A stretch of 44,504 nucleotides of DNA from a bacterium (GTDB lineage: Bacteria; Bacillota_I; Bacilli_A; RFN20; CAG-826). The translations under genes were made by a program, and so were the position numbers. The notes beneath the pieces were generated by a model. It saw only the letters and a program-made list of their open reading frames with translations, ran no database searches and was not told where the DNA came from. Location of the stretch: assembly GCA_029098125.1 (NCBI GenBank), contig JAQXNS010000065.1, positions 1-44,504 on the forward strand. Direction: 5' to 3'. This document shows positions 1-9,328 of this stretch, piece by piece; position 1 is the first letter of the stretch, and each line of letters opens with the position of its first letter.

Positions 1-46
1 AGGCATTTAGATGACCATTACTAATAGAACGAGAGACTTAATTTCA
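1..46 (+). rRNA. rrl: 23S rRNA, 3'-terminal fragment (gene continues upstream of window)
   Basis: AGGCATTTAGATGACCATTACTAATAGAACGAGAGACTTAA parallels the conserved bacterial 23S 3' end (E. coli ...GCTAACCGGTACTAATGAACCGTGAGGCTTAACC). A 5S gene follows about 100 nt later, the normal rrn order. End coordinate is approximate. Confidence 0.7.
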
Positions 47-145
47 TAAGATTTTAAGAGATTAAAAAATAAAATTTGGGTAAGAAAGAACGAAGAAAAA
101 ATATCTAGTTTTCAGAGAACATATTAAGAACTATTTCTCTAAATG

Positions 146-253
146 AGTCTGGTGACTATGACACAGTGGACACACCTCTTCCCATCCCGAACAGAGAAGT
201 TAAGCACTGTAGTGGCGAAGGTAGCGCAAGCAAGAATAGCACGTCGCTGGGCT
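146..253 (+). rRNA. rrf: 5S rRNA
   Basis: GTCTGGTGACTATG...CCCATCCCGAACAGAGAAGTTAAGC...GTCGCTGGGC matches the conserved 5S loop and helix motifs (CCGAAC, GAAGTTAAGC). Helix I closes between 147-156 and 243-252, allowing G-U pairs. Confidence 0.9.
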
Positions 254-336
254 CTTTTTCTTTATATATACTATATTTTTCAGTATATACCACGTTTTTC
301 TACATTATTATTTTACTTTTTAGCACTAATTATTTA

Positions 337-345
337 TGGTATAAT
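337..345 (+). promoter_or_regulatory. extended -10 promoter element (TGgTATAAT) upstream of the asp23-like gene
   Basis: TG at 337-338 and TATAAT at 340-345, about 25 nt upstream of the ATG at 370. The -35 element is weak. Confidence 0.4.
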
Positions 346-369
346 TTTAAAACTGCTAAGGGAATTTTT

Positions 370-714
370 ATGGCAAACAACAAAGAAAAGAATATTAGTA
401 TTACACTTGATGTAAAGGATGTAGCTGAAAAGATCGGAGAAGTCTGTCTTGAATGCTATGGAGTCGTTGGTCTTAGTAATGGCAATATTAAAACTTTAAA
501 AATATTAACTAAAGAAAATTTATCTGAAGGTGTCTTTATTAAAAAAGATAAGGACCACTTTATTATTGATATACATCTTATTTGTGCTTACGGAGTTAAA
601 GTAACCGAAATTGTAAATGAAGTAAGCAAAAGAATTTTTTACATACTTAGAAAAAAATATGGTGAACTTTTTTCTAAAGTAAATGTTTATGTGGATGATT
701 TAAGAGAATTTTAA
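370..714 (+). CDS. Asp23/Gls24-family envelope stress protein (YloU-like)
   Basis: In-frame ATG at 370 inside ORF 166..714; the upstream part of that ORF overlaps the 5S rRNA and is rejected. MANNKEKNISITLDVKDVAEKIGEVCLECYGVVGL is typical of Asp23/DUF322. It sits upstream of yloV, as in Bacillus. Confidence 0.8.
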   Translation: MANNKEKNISITLDVKDVAEKIGEVCLECYGVVGLSNGNIKTLKILTKENLSEGVFIKKDKDHFIIDIHLICAYGVKVTEIVNEVSKRIFYILRKKYGELFSKVNVYVDDLREF

Positions 715-727
715 TTGAGGGATTTAT

Positions 728-2422
728 ATGAAATTTATAGATGGTCGTATTTTTAAACGCATGGTTATTAGTGCGTGTAATAACCTATACAATCATTATC
801 CAGAAGTAGATGCATTGAACGTATTTCCTGTACCTGATGGAGATACTGGTATGAATATGAATTTGACCATGACAAGTGGTATGAAAGAAATTGCAAATCG
901 TAATGATGAAGATCTTTATGGTGTTGGAAAAACTTTTTCTAGAGGACTTTTAATGGGTGCTAGAGGTAATAGCGGTGTTATTACTAGTCAAATTTTTAGA
1001 GGATTTACAGATTCATTACAAAATAAATCACAAATTGATGCAGTAGGATTAGCTGAAGCATTTGATAGTGGAAGAAAAGTTGCTTATAAAGCAGTTATTA
1101 AACCTGTTGAAGGTACAATTTTAACTGTTATAAGAGAAGCAAGCGCAAAATTACTCGATCAAGCAACTCATAAAATGACTATCGAACAAGCTTTCAAAAT
1201 TTTACTTAGTGAAGCTTACGATAGTTTAGAAAGAACACCTAATCTTCTTCCAGTTTTAAAAGAAGTTGGTGTTGTAGATAGCGGAGGTGCTGGTCTCTTA
1301 AAAATTTTAGAGGGTATGAGCGTTGTTGTTAATGGTGGTTTCGTTGAAAGAAATGAAGCTACAGTTGAGATTAATGGTCAAGCTCAAGCTCAATTTGAAG
1401 GTGATGATGAATTTGGCTATTGTACTGAATTCGTTATGCGTCTTGGACCAGATTCAGTTAAAAAAGTATTTAACAAAAATAGATTTACAAGTGTTTTAAA
1501 TGCGCATGGTAACTCATTAGTCGTTGTTCAAGATGAAGATATCGTAAAAGTTCACGTTCATACATTAAAACCTGGTGATATTTTTAATTATGCTCAACAA
1601 TTTGGCGAATTCATCAAATTAAAATGTGAAAACATGACTGAACAACATAACGAAATTCTATTTAATGAGCAAAATAAAAATGGAACGCACATGGCTGCAA
1701 GCGAACTTAAACAAGCTCCATTAGCTGCTCCAAAAGTTTCAAATAAACCTAAAGAAAAATTTGCAGTTATTGCTATTAGCGTTGGCGATGGTGTTGACGA
1801 ATTATTCAAAGAAGCTGGAACTAATTATATTGTTAGCGGCGGTCAAACAATGAATCCTTCTACTAACGATATTATTAAAGCAATTGAAAATGCTAATGCT
1901 GAAACTGTCTTTGTTTTACCAAATAATGGAAACATTATCATGGCTGCAAACCAAGCAAGAGATGTTTTAAAAGATAACATTAATGTTATTGTTATTCCTT
2001 CAAAAACAATTATGCAAGGCGTTGTTGCATCAATGAATTTCAATCCAGAACTTAGCGCAAAAGATAATGAAGAAGTTATGAACGATTCATTATCAACTGT
2101 TAAGAGTGGTCAAGTAACATTTGCAATTAAAGATACAGAAATTTATGGTGTAAGTGTTAAAAAAGACAATTATATGGCTATTTTGAATTCAAAAGAAATT
2201 TTATCTTGCCATAAAAATAAATTCGATGCTTTAAAAACCCTCTTAGGAAAAATGGTTGATGAGGATAGTTCAGTAATCACTGTTTTATTAGGCAGCGATG
2301 TTGCTGATGAAAAAGAAGTTCAAAAAGTTGAAAAATATATAGAAAGAAAATTCAAGAATTGTGACTTTGATGTAAGAATTGGAAATCAACCTGTATATTC
2401 TTACATTGTTGGTGTTGAATAA
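728..2422 (+). CDS. yloV: DAK2-domain fusion protein YloV
   Basis: 564 aa with the PDGDTGMNM Dak2 phosphate-binding motif near the N-terminus and a DegV-like C-terminal half. Conserved asp23-yloV pairing. Confidence 0.85.
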   Translation: MKFIDGRIFKRMVISACNNLYNHYPEVDALNVFPVPDGDTGMNMNLTMTSGMKEIANRNDEDLYGVGKTFSRGLLMGARGNSGVITSQIFRGFTDSLQNKSQIDAVGLAEAFDSGRKVAYKAVIKPVEGTILTVIREASAKLLDQATHKMTIEQAFKILLSEAYDSLERTPNLLPVLKEVGVVDSGGAGLLKILEGMSVVVNGGFVERNEATVEINGQAQAQFEGDDEFGYCTEFVMRLGPDSVKKVFNKNRFTSVLNAHGNSLVVVQDEDIVKVHVHTLKPGDIFNYAQQFGEFIKLKCENMTEQHNEILFNEQNKNGTHMAASELKQAPLAAPKVSNKPKEKFAVIAISVGDGVDELFKEAGTNYIVSGGQTMNPSTNDIIKAIENANAETVFVLPNNGNIIMAANQARDVLKDNINVIVIPSKTIMQGVVASMNFNPELSAKDNEEVMNDSLSTVKSGQVTFAIKDTEIYGVSVKKDNYMAILNSKEILSCHKNKFDALKTLLGKMVDEDSSVITVLLGSDVADEKEVQKVEKYIERKFKNCDFDVRIGNQPVYSYIVGVE

Positions 2423-2429
2423 TAAAAGT

Positions 2430-2451
2430 GCTCTTTTAAAAGGGCCTTTTT
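2430..2451 (+). terminator. weak hairpin plus T-run between yloV and plsX (attenuator or terminator)
   Basis: GCTCTTTTAAAAGGGC hairpin followed by CTTTTT. AT-rich stem, so low stability. Confidence 0.35.
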
Positions 2452-2465
2452 AAAAGGAGTGAAAT

Positions 2466-3443
2466 ATGAAAATAGTTATTGATATGATGGGTGGAGATAA
2501 TGGACTAGAAGCAACTATTAGTGCTACTAACTCATTTTTATCCATGCACGATGATGTTGAACTATTTTTAATTGGTGATGAAACTAAATTAGAGAGTTTC
2601 AAAAGCAATCCAAAGTGTAAAATAGTTAATAGTGAGACTATTTTAGCAATGGATGTTGACCCAATGACTGCTCTTAAAGATAAAAAGAGCTCATTAATGG
2701 TTGCGATTTCTACTTATTTAGATAATAAATGCGATGCTTTAATTAGTGCAGGTAGTACAGGCGCTTTACTTGCTGCATCCGTTTTCAAAATCAAAAGAAT
2801 TCCTGGCATTATACGCCCATGTTTAATCACTTCTTTTCCAACTATTAAAAAGGATAAAAAATTTGTTGTCTGTGATTTAGGCGCAAATATTGAAAATACA
2901 AAAGAAGAGTTGAATCAATTTGCCATCATGGGTTCTTTATATTATTCAATTAGATATAACGAAAACAAACCTTCCGTTTATTTGTTATCTAACGGAACTG
3001 AAGAAGAAAAAGGATCCCCATTAAATAAAGAAGCTTACCCATTATTAAAAGAAAATAAAAGAATTAATTTTAAAGGAAATATTGAAGCAAGAGATCCATT
3101 ATTTGGTGACATTGATGTTTTAGTTACAGATGGATATTCTGGAAATATATTCCTCAAATCTGTTGAAGGCACTGCAAAAGTCATGTCAAATATGATTAAG
3201 GAAAGTTTTAAACGCAATATTTTTTCAAAAATTGGTTATTTATTATCAAAAAAAGGCTTTGATGATATTAAAGTTAAAATGGATTATAAAAATGTTGGTG
3301 GAGCAATGTTAATTGGTGTGAATGGTGTTGTAATCAAAGCACATGGCAGTAGCGATCTTCAATCATTCTTAAGCGCGCTTAATAATGCATACACCCTTGT
3401 AAAAGAAGATATAGTAGAAAAGATTAAAAAGGAATTAAATTAG
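2466..3443 (+). CDS. plsX: phosphate acyltransferase PlsX
   Basis: MKIVIDMMGGDNG N-terminus and overall length (325 aa) are typical of PlsX. RBS AAGGAG lies 7 nt upstream. Confidence 0.9.
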   Translation: MKIVIDMMGGDNGLEATISATNSFLSMHDDVELFLIGDETKLESFKSNPKCKIVNSETILAMDVDPMTALKDKKSSLMVAISTYLDNKCDALISAGSTGALLAASVFKIKRIPGIIRPCLITSFPTIKKDKKFVVCDLGANIENTKEELNQFAIMGSLYYSIRYNENKPSVYLLSNGTEEEKGSPLNKEAYPLLKENKRINFKGNIEARDPLFGDIDVLVTDGYSGNIFLKSVEGTAKVMSNMIKESFKRNIFSKIGYLLSKKGFDDIKVKMDYKNVGGAMLIGVNGVVIKAHGSSDLQSFLSALNNAYTLVKEDIVEKIKKELN

Positions 3444-4129
3444 TGAGAGATATTAATGAGTTTTTTAACAAATATAAAATAAATCCTCAAAATGTCGAAT
3501 TATATGAGATGGCTTTTACACATGCTTCTTGCAATAGTGACCAAAAGACATCTCATCATGATTATGAACGTCTTGAATTCATGGGAGATAGCGTTTTAGG
3601 TTTTGTTATTGCTTCTTTGCTTTTTAAGTATCATCCAGATATGAGAGAAGGAGAATTAACAAAAGCTAAAAGCTATCTTGTACAAACTGAATTTTTAGCA
3701 AAACTTGCAAGGCAAGAACATTATGAAGATTTTATTCGTATTGGCCATTCTTTAGAAATTGAAGATGTTGTTGAAAATAAGTCAATTCTTGAGGACGTTT
3801 TTGAATCAGTAATTGGAGCCATGTATTTAGATAAAGGATTAAAATTCACTGCCGAATTTATCAAAAAAATATATGGTGATGAAGTTAGAACATTTACAAT
3901 TCAAGAAATGAAAGATTATAAATCCATTCTTCAAGAAGCAATGCAGGCAGAATATAGAGAATCTGTTGTTTACACTGTCACTCAAGAAAAAGGGCCACCT
4001 CATAAAAGAACTTTTTATGTAGATGTTTCCTTTAACGGAATTACTCTTGGTCATGGTGAAGGCAAAAGCAAAAAAGCAGCTGAACAAGATGCAGCCCGAG
4101 ATGCTCTTAGCAAAAAAGCTGTTATTTAG
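3443..4129 (+). CDS. rnc: ribonuclease III
   Basis: ERLEFMGDSVLGF RNase III signature and a C-terminal dsRBD (GEGKSKKAAEQDAA). GTG start overlaps the plsX stop (TAGTG); the start codon is somewhat uncertain. Confidence 0.9.
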   Translation: MRDINEFFNKYKINPQNVELYEMAFTHASCNSDQKTSHHDYERLEFMGDSVLGFVIASLLFKYHPDMREGELTKAKSYLVQTEFLAKLARQEHYEDFIRIGHSLEIEDVVENKSILEDVFESVIGAMYLDKGLKFTAEFIKKIYGDEVRTFTIQEMKDYKSILQEAMQAEYRESVVYTVTQEKGPPHKRTFYVDVSFNGITLGHGEGKSKKAAEQDAARDALSKKAVI

Positions 4130-4137
4130 GTTACATT

Positions 4138-5151
4138 ATGGGATTAATTAAGTTTTTAAAAGATAAATTTACTAAAAAAAAGGATGAAAATTCTTTATCT
4201 TTAAGCGCGAAAAAAGATGAATCTTTAGATAAATACGATAAAGGTCTTGAAAAATCTCGTAAACAATTCTCAAATAAACTTGATGAATTAACTAAAAAAT
4301 ACAAATTAGTTAATGAAGATTATTTTGAAGAACTCGAAGAAATTTTAATTGAAGCTGATTGTGGCGTTAGTTTTACTTTAAATATTATCGATGAATTATT
4401 AGAAGATTCTAAAAATAAAAAAATTGTTTCACCAAAGGAAATTAATGAACTTTTAGTTGATAAAATGTTTTTAAATTATCTTAAAGAAGGTGAAGATATT
4501 AAAAATGAACTTACTTTTGATAATCTACCTCAAGTTTTGCTAATGACTGGAGTTAATGGGGTTGGAAAAACAACATCAATTGCAAAATTAGCAAAAAGAT
4601 ATCAAGATCAGGGTAAAAAAGTTCTTTTGGTTGCTGCTGACACATTTAGAGCTGGAGCAAAAGAACAAATTCAAGTTTGGGGTGATAGACTTAATATTCC
4701 TGTTGTAAGTGGGAATGAAAATGAAGATCCAGCAAGCGTTGCATATAAAGGTGTAAAAAAAGGTGTTGAAGAGAATTTTGATTTAGTTATTGTTGATACT
4801 GCTGGTAGACTTCAAAACAAGAAGAACCTTATGGATGAACTTAAAAAAATCTATAATGTCACAAAAAAATTAATCAATCACGAACCTGAATCATTCTTAG
4901 TTATTGATGCAACAACTGGTCAAAATGGTGTATTACAAGCTAAAGCTTTTAAAGAATTAGTAAATATAACTGGTATTGTAATCACTAAAATGGATGGAAC
5001 AAGTAAAGGTGGAATTATTCTAGCAATTAGAGAAGAACTAGGAATACCTGTTAGATTTATTGGACTTGGCGAAAAATATACTGATTTAGAAGAATTTGAC
5101 CTTGATAAATATCTATATGGTCTATGTAGTGGATTAATAAAAGATGAGTAG
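4138..5151 (+). CDS. ftsY: signal recognition particle receptor FtsY
   Basis: GVNGVGKTTSIAKLA P-loop, DTAGR and TKMDGTSKGG SRP-GTPase motifs. Confidence 0.95.
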   Translation: MGLIKFLKDKFTKKKDENSLSLSAKKDESLDKYDKGLEKSRKQFSNKLDELTKKYKLVNEDYFEELEEILIEADCGVSFTLNIIDELLEDSKNKKIVSPKEINELLVDKMFLNYLKEGEDIKNELTFDNLPQVLLMTGVNGVGKTTSIAKLAKRYQDQGKKVLLVAADTFRAGAKEQIQVWGDRLNIPVVSGNENEDPASVAYKGVKKGVEENFDLVIVDTAGRLQNKKNLMDELKKIYNVTKKLINHEPESFLVIDATTGQNGVLQAKAFKELVNITGIVITKMDGTSKGGIILAIREELGIPVRFIGLGEKYTDLEEFDLDKYLYGLCSGLIKDE

Positions 5152-5461
5152 TTTGAGTGATTTTGATTACATAAATACTCTTTTATTAACCTATGGAGAA
5201 TTATTAACAGATAAGCAAAAAGAAATTGCTAATTTATTTTTTGAATTTAATTTATCACAACAGGAAATCGCTGACAATTTATCTATTTCTAAGCAAGCAG
5301 TTAGCGACACACTTGAGACTGTTACATCTAAGTTAGTTCGCTTTGAAGAAAAACTTAAATTTTTCAAAAAAATGCAAAAATTAGCTGAAAAAGTAAAAGA
5401 TATGGACATTCCTGATGAACTAAAAAAAGAAATAGAGGAGGAAATTTTCAATGGCATTTGA
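5144..5461 (+). CDS. ylxM: YlxM/UPF0122 small HTH protein (SRP operon)
   Basis: 105 aa with a sigma-70 region-4-like HTH (LSQQEIADNLSISKQAVSD). Canonical position between ftsY and ffh. Confidence 0.8.
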   Translation: MSSLSDFDYINTLLLTYGELLTDKQKEIANLFFEFNLSQQEIADNLSISKQAVSDTLETVTSKLVRFEEKLKFFKKMQKLAEKVKDMDIPDELKKEIEEEIFNGI

Positions 5462-6782
5462 ACAATTGAGTGAAAAATTTACCAGAGTTATTAAAAAAAT
5501 GAAAGGTGAAGCTAGGCTCACCGATAAAAACATGGATGAAATGCTTAAAGAAGTGAAAATTGCTCTTCTTGAAGCGGATGTAAATTTTAAAGTTGTTAAA
5601 GAATTTGTTAATAATGTAAAAGAAAAAGCAATTGGACAAGATGTTTTTACAAAATTAAATCCAAGTGAAATGGTAGTTAAGATTGTTCGCGATGAATTAG
5701 TGGACTTACTTGGAAGTGATAATTGTGAACTCCATTATAATAAAAACAAACCAACTGTTATTCTTTTAGTTGGTTTACAAGGTAGTGGTAAAACAACAAC
5801 TGCAGCAAAATTATCTAATTTAATGAAATATAAATTAAACAAAAAAGTTCTTTTAGCTGCTTGTGACGTCTATAGACCTGCTGCCGTTGATCAATTAGCT
5901 CAACTTGCTAAATCAATTAATGTTGATTTGGTTAATATGGGAACTAATGTTGATCCAGTTAAAATTGCTACTGCAGCAAAAGAAAAAGCTTTTAATGAAA
6001 GATACGATGTTTTAATTATTGACACTGCTGGTCGTTTAGAAATTGACGATGTTTTGATGGATGAACTTAAAAATATAAAAAGAGAAATCTCCCCAGATGA
6101 AATTTTACTTTTAACTGATGCAATGGCGGGTCAAAACAGCGTTAATGTTGCTAAAAAGTTTAATGAAACTCTTGGTTTGACAGGTGCAATTATGTCAAAA
6201 ATGGATGGCGACAGTAGAGGCGGCGCTGCTTTGTCTATTGCACATGTAACTGGCGTACCTATTAAATTTATTGGTGTAGGTGAAAAAATTTCTGAATTAG
6301 ATATTTTTTATCCTGATAGAATGGCTGAAAGAATCCTTGGAATGGGTGATGTTTTAACATTAATTGATAAGGTCAAAGAAAACATTGATGAAAAAGAAGC
6401 ACAAAAAGACGTCAAAAAGTTAATGAATGGGAAATTTACCCTTGATGACATGTTAAAACAAATGAAGCAAGTCCAAAAGCTTGGCAGTTTAGGAGGACTT
6501 ATGAAAATGATTCCTGGTATGCCAAAAGTTAGCGATGCACAATTAGAATATGCAAAAAAAGAAATGGATAATTTCGAAGTTATTATTAATTCAATGACTA
6601 AAGAAGAAAGAGAACATCCTGAGATTTTAAAAAATAGTAGAAAGACAAGAATTGCAAAAGGCAGCGGAAAAACAAATGCCGATGTTAATAAAGTAATTAA
6701 GAAATATGATCAGATGAAAATGATGATGAATAGAATGAAAAGTGCAGGCGGAATGAATGCATTTAAGAACATGAAATTTTAA
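5451..6782 (+). CDS. ffh: signal recognition particle protein Ffh
   Basis: GLQGSGKTTTAAKL and DTAGRL motifs, plus a Met-rich M domain at the C-terminus. RBS GAGGAGG upstream. Confidence 0.95.
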   Translation: MAFEQLSEKFTRVIKKMKGEARLTDKNMDEMLKEVKIALLEADVNFKVVKEFVNNVKEKAIGQDVFTKLNPSEMVVKIVRDELVDLLGSDNCELHYNKNKPTVILLVGLQGSGKTTTAAKLSNLMKYKLNKKVLLAACDVYRPAAVDQLAQLAKSINVDLVNMGTNVDPVKIATAAKEKAFNERYDVLIIDTAGRLEIDDVLMDELKNIKREISPDEILLLTDAMAGQNSVNVAKKFNETLGLTGAIMSKMDGDSRGGAALSIAHVTGVPIKFIGVGEKISELDIFYPDRMAERILGMGDVLTLIDKVKENIDEKEAQKDVKKLMNGKFTLDDMLKQMKQVQKLGSLGGLMKMIPGMPKVSDAQLEYAKKEMDNFEVIINSMTKEEREHPEILKNSRKTRIAKGSGKTNADVNKVIKKYDQMKMMMNRMKSAGGMNAFKNMKF

Positions 6783-6801
6783 AAAAACCTGCAAAACTCA
6801 A
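6781..6801 (-). repeat. copy 1 of the 21-27-nt motif (T-form TTGAGTTTTGCAGGTTTTTTT on the minus strand)
   Basis: AAAAAAACCTGCAAAACTCAA fills the whole 19-nt spacer between the ffh stop (6780-6782) and the convergent trmD stop (6802-6804). It matches the consensus AAAAACCCTGCAAAACTCAAC with two differences. Confidence 0.8.
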
Positions 6802-7575
6802 TTATTTTGTGAATTTTTTACCTTTTTCGATGGCTTTTGTTTCCCAATCGCCAATTATATTTTCTTCAATTTCGTTTAATAGTTTAATATCAGTTTTTGA
6901 TAATGATAAATTAGAAAATAAGTCTGGTCTTTTTGATTTAGTTAAGCGGAGAGATTCTTTTTTTCTCCGTTTTTTAATTGCTTCATGATTACCAGAATAT
7001 AAAATATTTGGAACTGTTTTTCCTTCGTATTCAAATGGCTCAGTATATTGTGGGTATTCTAATAAATTATTATTGAATGTTTCTTCTTCGATACTTTCTT
7101 CTTTAATAACTCCATTTATAAGTCGAGAAACGCTATCAACAATTATTATAGAAGCAGCTTCTCCACCTGTTAAAATATAGTCGCCAATTGAAATCTCTTC
7201 GTCAAAAAATGAATATACCCTTTCGTCAATTCCTTCATAATGACCACATAAAATTAAAATATCTTCATATTTATCTTTGAATTCGTTTGCAATCTTCTGG
7301 TTAAATGTTCTTCCACGTGGTGACATTATAATTTTATATGTTTTATCATTTGAGTTAGCTTTTAGAGCATCTATTATTGGTTGACATTTCATGATTAAAC
7401 CTGCTCCACCCCCAACAGGTGGAGTATCAGTTCTGAAATATTTATCTTTTGTGTAATCTCTAATGTTTACAATTTTAATTTCAATTATCCCTTTTTCTTT
7501 TGCGCGTTTTAAAATTGATTCATTGAAATAACCTTCAATCATTTTAGGGAAGAGAGTTAAAATTGTAAATTTCAT
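6802..7575 (-). CDS. trmD: tRNA (guanine37-N1)-methyltransferase TrmD
   Basis: MKFTILTLFPKM N-terminus and GGGAGLIMK SAM-binding knot motif. Confidence 0.95.
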   Translation of the reverse strand: MKFTILTLFPKMIEGYFNESILKRAKEKGIIEIKIVNIRDYTKDKYFRTDTPPVGGGAGLIMKCQPIIDALKANSNDKTYKIIMSPRGRTFNQKIANEFKDKYEDILILCGHYEGIDERVYSFFDEEISIGDYILTGGEAASIIIVDSVSRLINGVIKEESIEEETFNNNLLEYPQYTEPFEYEGKTVPNILYSGNHEAIKKRRKKESLRLTKSKRPDLFSNLSLSKTDIKLLNEIEENIIGDWETKAIEKGKKFTK

Positions 7576-8090
7576 TAGTCAATTAATCCTTCAATCAAAT
7601 GTATAATTATTTTTTTAGAATTTGTATCTATATTTTTTATAAAGAAATCATTAAAAGGAACAAAAAAAGCTGACTTCTGCAGGTTTTTTTGAACTTTTAG
7701 TGTAATTTGAGATGGAAATTCTTCTATAGAAACAACCCTTCCAATGTGATTATTTTCTTCATCGTAAACATCAGAAAGAAGTAAATCATCATAATAAAAT
7801 TCATTATCAAATAGTATCGATTCATCTTTGATTGAATAAAATTCTTTATTAATTATTTTTTCTGCATCTTCTATTGTATCGACATTTTTTAGTTTAATTT
7901 GAAAAATGTTTCCACCTTTAAAGGAGGCTTTCTCTATTTCGTATGGCAAATATTCATCGTTATTTTTTAAATATAAAATGCTACCTTTTTTGTATCTTAA
8001 ATCTTCAAAAGTAGTGGATGAATATATTTTAATATCACCTTTTAAACCGATAGTTTTGATAGCTTTTGCTGTTAGTAAGTATTTTTCCAT
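7575..8090 (-). CDS. rimM: 16S rRNA processing protein RimM
   Basis: 171 aa, KTIGLKGDIKI RimM N-domain pattern. TAATG overlap with trmD and the expected operon position. Confidence 0.85.
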   Translation of the reverse strand: MEKYLLTAKAIKTIGLKGDIKIYSSTTFEDLRYKKGSILYLKNNDEYLPYEIEKASFKGGNIFQIKLKNVDTIEDAEKIINKEFYSIKDESILFDNEFYYDDLLLSDVYDEENNHIGRVVSIEEFPSQITLKVQKNLQKSAFFVPFNDFFIKNIDTNSKKIIIHLIEGLID

Positions 8091-8112
8091 AATATAAAAA
8101 AAGAAGGAGAAT

Positions 8113-8382
8113 TTATTCTCCTTGATCGTTTTCTTCTAATGATTCAAATTTGATATGAACTTTTTTAGATTCAAGTGTTCCAGCAATTGAAACAATGTCT
8201 CTAATTGCATTAGCAACACAACCTTTTTTGCCAATTAATCTAGCGATATCACCACTTGGAGCACAAACTACAATTGAAGTATTGTTTTTTGTCTTGTCTT
8301 CAGTAATATCTTTAATTAATAAAGCTTCAGGATCTGAAACAAATGGATCAATAATTGTGTGAATTAATGAAATGTAATTCAT
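8113..8382 (-). CDS. KH-domain RNA-binding protein (YlqC/UPF0109)
   Basis: 89 aa with the GRLIGKKG-type KH motif (ARLIGKKGCVANAIR). Canonical position between rpsP and rimM. Confidence 0.85.
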   Translation of the reverse strand: MNYISLIHTIIDPFVSDPEALLIKDITEDKTKNNTSIVVCAPSGDIARLIGKKGCVANAIRDIVSIAGTLESKKVHIKFESLEENDQGE

Positions 8383-8393
8383 TTGTTAAATCC

Positions 8394-8708
8394 TTATTTA
8401 GAATTTTTTGTTGATGTTACGTTAGCTTTTTTAATTCCTTCTTTAGCTTTTTCTTCTTTTGCTTTTGAGATTAAGCCTTTTGATGAAAGAATATTTTTGA
8501 CTGTATCGCTGTATTGAGCACCAGATTTTAACCATTTAACTGCTAATTCTTCGTTGATTGATACGCTTTCAATACCTTTTGATGGATCATATGTTCCAAT
8601 TTGTTCTAAGTAACGGCCATCACGTGTGTATCTTGAATCAGCTACAACGATTCTATAGAATGGTAATTCATGTCTTCCTTTTCTTGCTAATCTAATTTTT
8701 ACTGCCAT
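8394..8708 (-). CDS. rpsP: 30S ribosomal protein S16
   Basis: MAVKIRLARKGRHELPFYRIVVADSR is the canonical S16 N-terminus. ATG at 8708 follows GGAG (AAGGAGATAAAT ATG). The longer ORF 8394..9089 is an artefactual upstream extension. Confidence 0.95.
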   Translation of the reverse strand: MAVKIRLARKGRHELPFYRIVVADSRYTRDGRYLEQIGTYDPSKGIESVSINEELAVKWLKSGAQYSDTVKNILSSKGLISKAKEEKAKEGIKKANVTSTKNSK

Positions 8709-8776
8709 ATTTATCTCCTTAATATCAGTGTCAAGTATAATTCCTTGACGAACCTTGTATATAATAATATTTATTG

Positions 8777-8806
8777 TTGACTTATGCAAGTCTTTTTTGA
8801 TAATAT
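8777..8806 (+). promoter_or_regulatory. candidate sigma-A promoter for rplS (TTGACT-N18-TAATAT with TG extension)
   Basis: TTGACT at 8777-8782, TG at 8798-8799 and TAATAT at 8801-8806. This leaves a leader of about 75 nt containing an AGCGC-AAAA-GTGCT hairpin (8810-8824), possibly an L19 leader. Confidence 0.45.
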
Positions 8807-8886
8807 TATTAAGCGCAAAAGTGCTACGGGTGTTCCAATATAATTTTATTACATGAACATCAAGAGAACGAATAGGAGGGTTGCAT

Positions 8887-9240
8887 ATGAATACTAATTT
8901 AGTAAAAGAAGTAGCTGCTACCCAATTAAGAACTGATTTCCCACATTTCAAAGCTGGCGACACTGTTAAAGTAATGGTCAGAATAGTTGAAGGTGGAAAA
9001 ACAAGATTACAAGCTTTTGAAGGTGTTGTAATCCAAAGAAGAGGTTCTGGAGTTTCTGAAACATTCACTGTTAGAAAAATGTCTGACAAAATCGGTGTTG
9101 AAAGAGTATTCCCAGTTCATTCACCAAACGTTGTAAGTGTTCAAGTTCTTAAAATTGGTAGAGTTAGAAGAAGTAAAATCTTCTACATCCGTGAAAGAAG
9201 CGGCAAATCAGCAAGAATTAAAGAAGTACTTAAAAAATAA
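8887..9240 (+). CDS. rplS: 50S ribosomal protein L19
   Basis: MNTNLVKEVAATQLRTDFPHFKAGDTVKV is the canonical L19 N-terminus. ATG at 8887 lies 6 nt after AGGAGGG. The TTG at 8881 in the ORF track is rejected. Confidence 0.95.
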   Translation: MNTNLVKEVAATQLRTDFPHFKAGDTVKVMVRIVEGGKTRLQAFEGVVIQRRGSGVSETFTVRKMSDKIGVERVFPVHSPNVVSVQVLKIGRVRRSKIFYIRERSGKSARIKEVLKK

Positions 9241-9250
9241 TTGCAAGAAA

Positions 9251-9282
9251 GAAGAGATGATTAAGTTCATCTCTTTTCTTTA
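9251..9282 (+). terminator. rho-independent terminator after rplS
   Basis: AGAGATGA-TTAAGT-TCATCTCT 8-bp stem followed by a T-rich tract. Confidence 0.8.
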
Positions 9283-9328
9283 TATATCAGCATTATTTTG
9301 ATAAAATTCAATAGATTGGAAGAACATT

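Noticed and set aside
143-415. ORF 143..415 (90 aa) and the first 68 codons of ORF 166..714
   Set aside because: Both run through the 5S rRNA gene (146-253) and its AT-rich downstream spacer. The Asp23-like similarity begins only at the internal ATG at 370.
8810-8826. AAGCGCAAAAGTGCTAC at the second inversion breakpoint as a sixth, degenerate motif copy
   Set aside because: Only the GCAAAA core and one further base match. This is indistinguishable from chance, and the sequence is better explained as a small hairpin in the rplS leader.
8709-9089. Upstream 127-codon extension of the S16 ORF (8394..9089, minus strand)
   Set aside because: The canonical S16 N-terminus MAVKIRLARKG starts at 8708 behind a GGAG RBS. 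The extension crosses the divergent promoter region and runs antisense to rplS.
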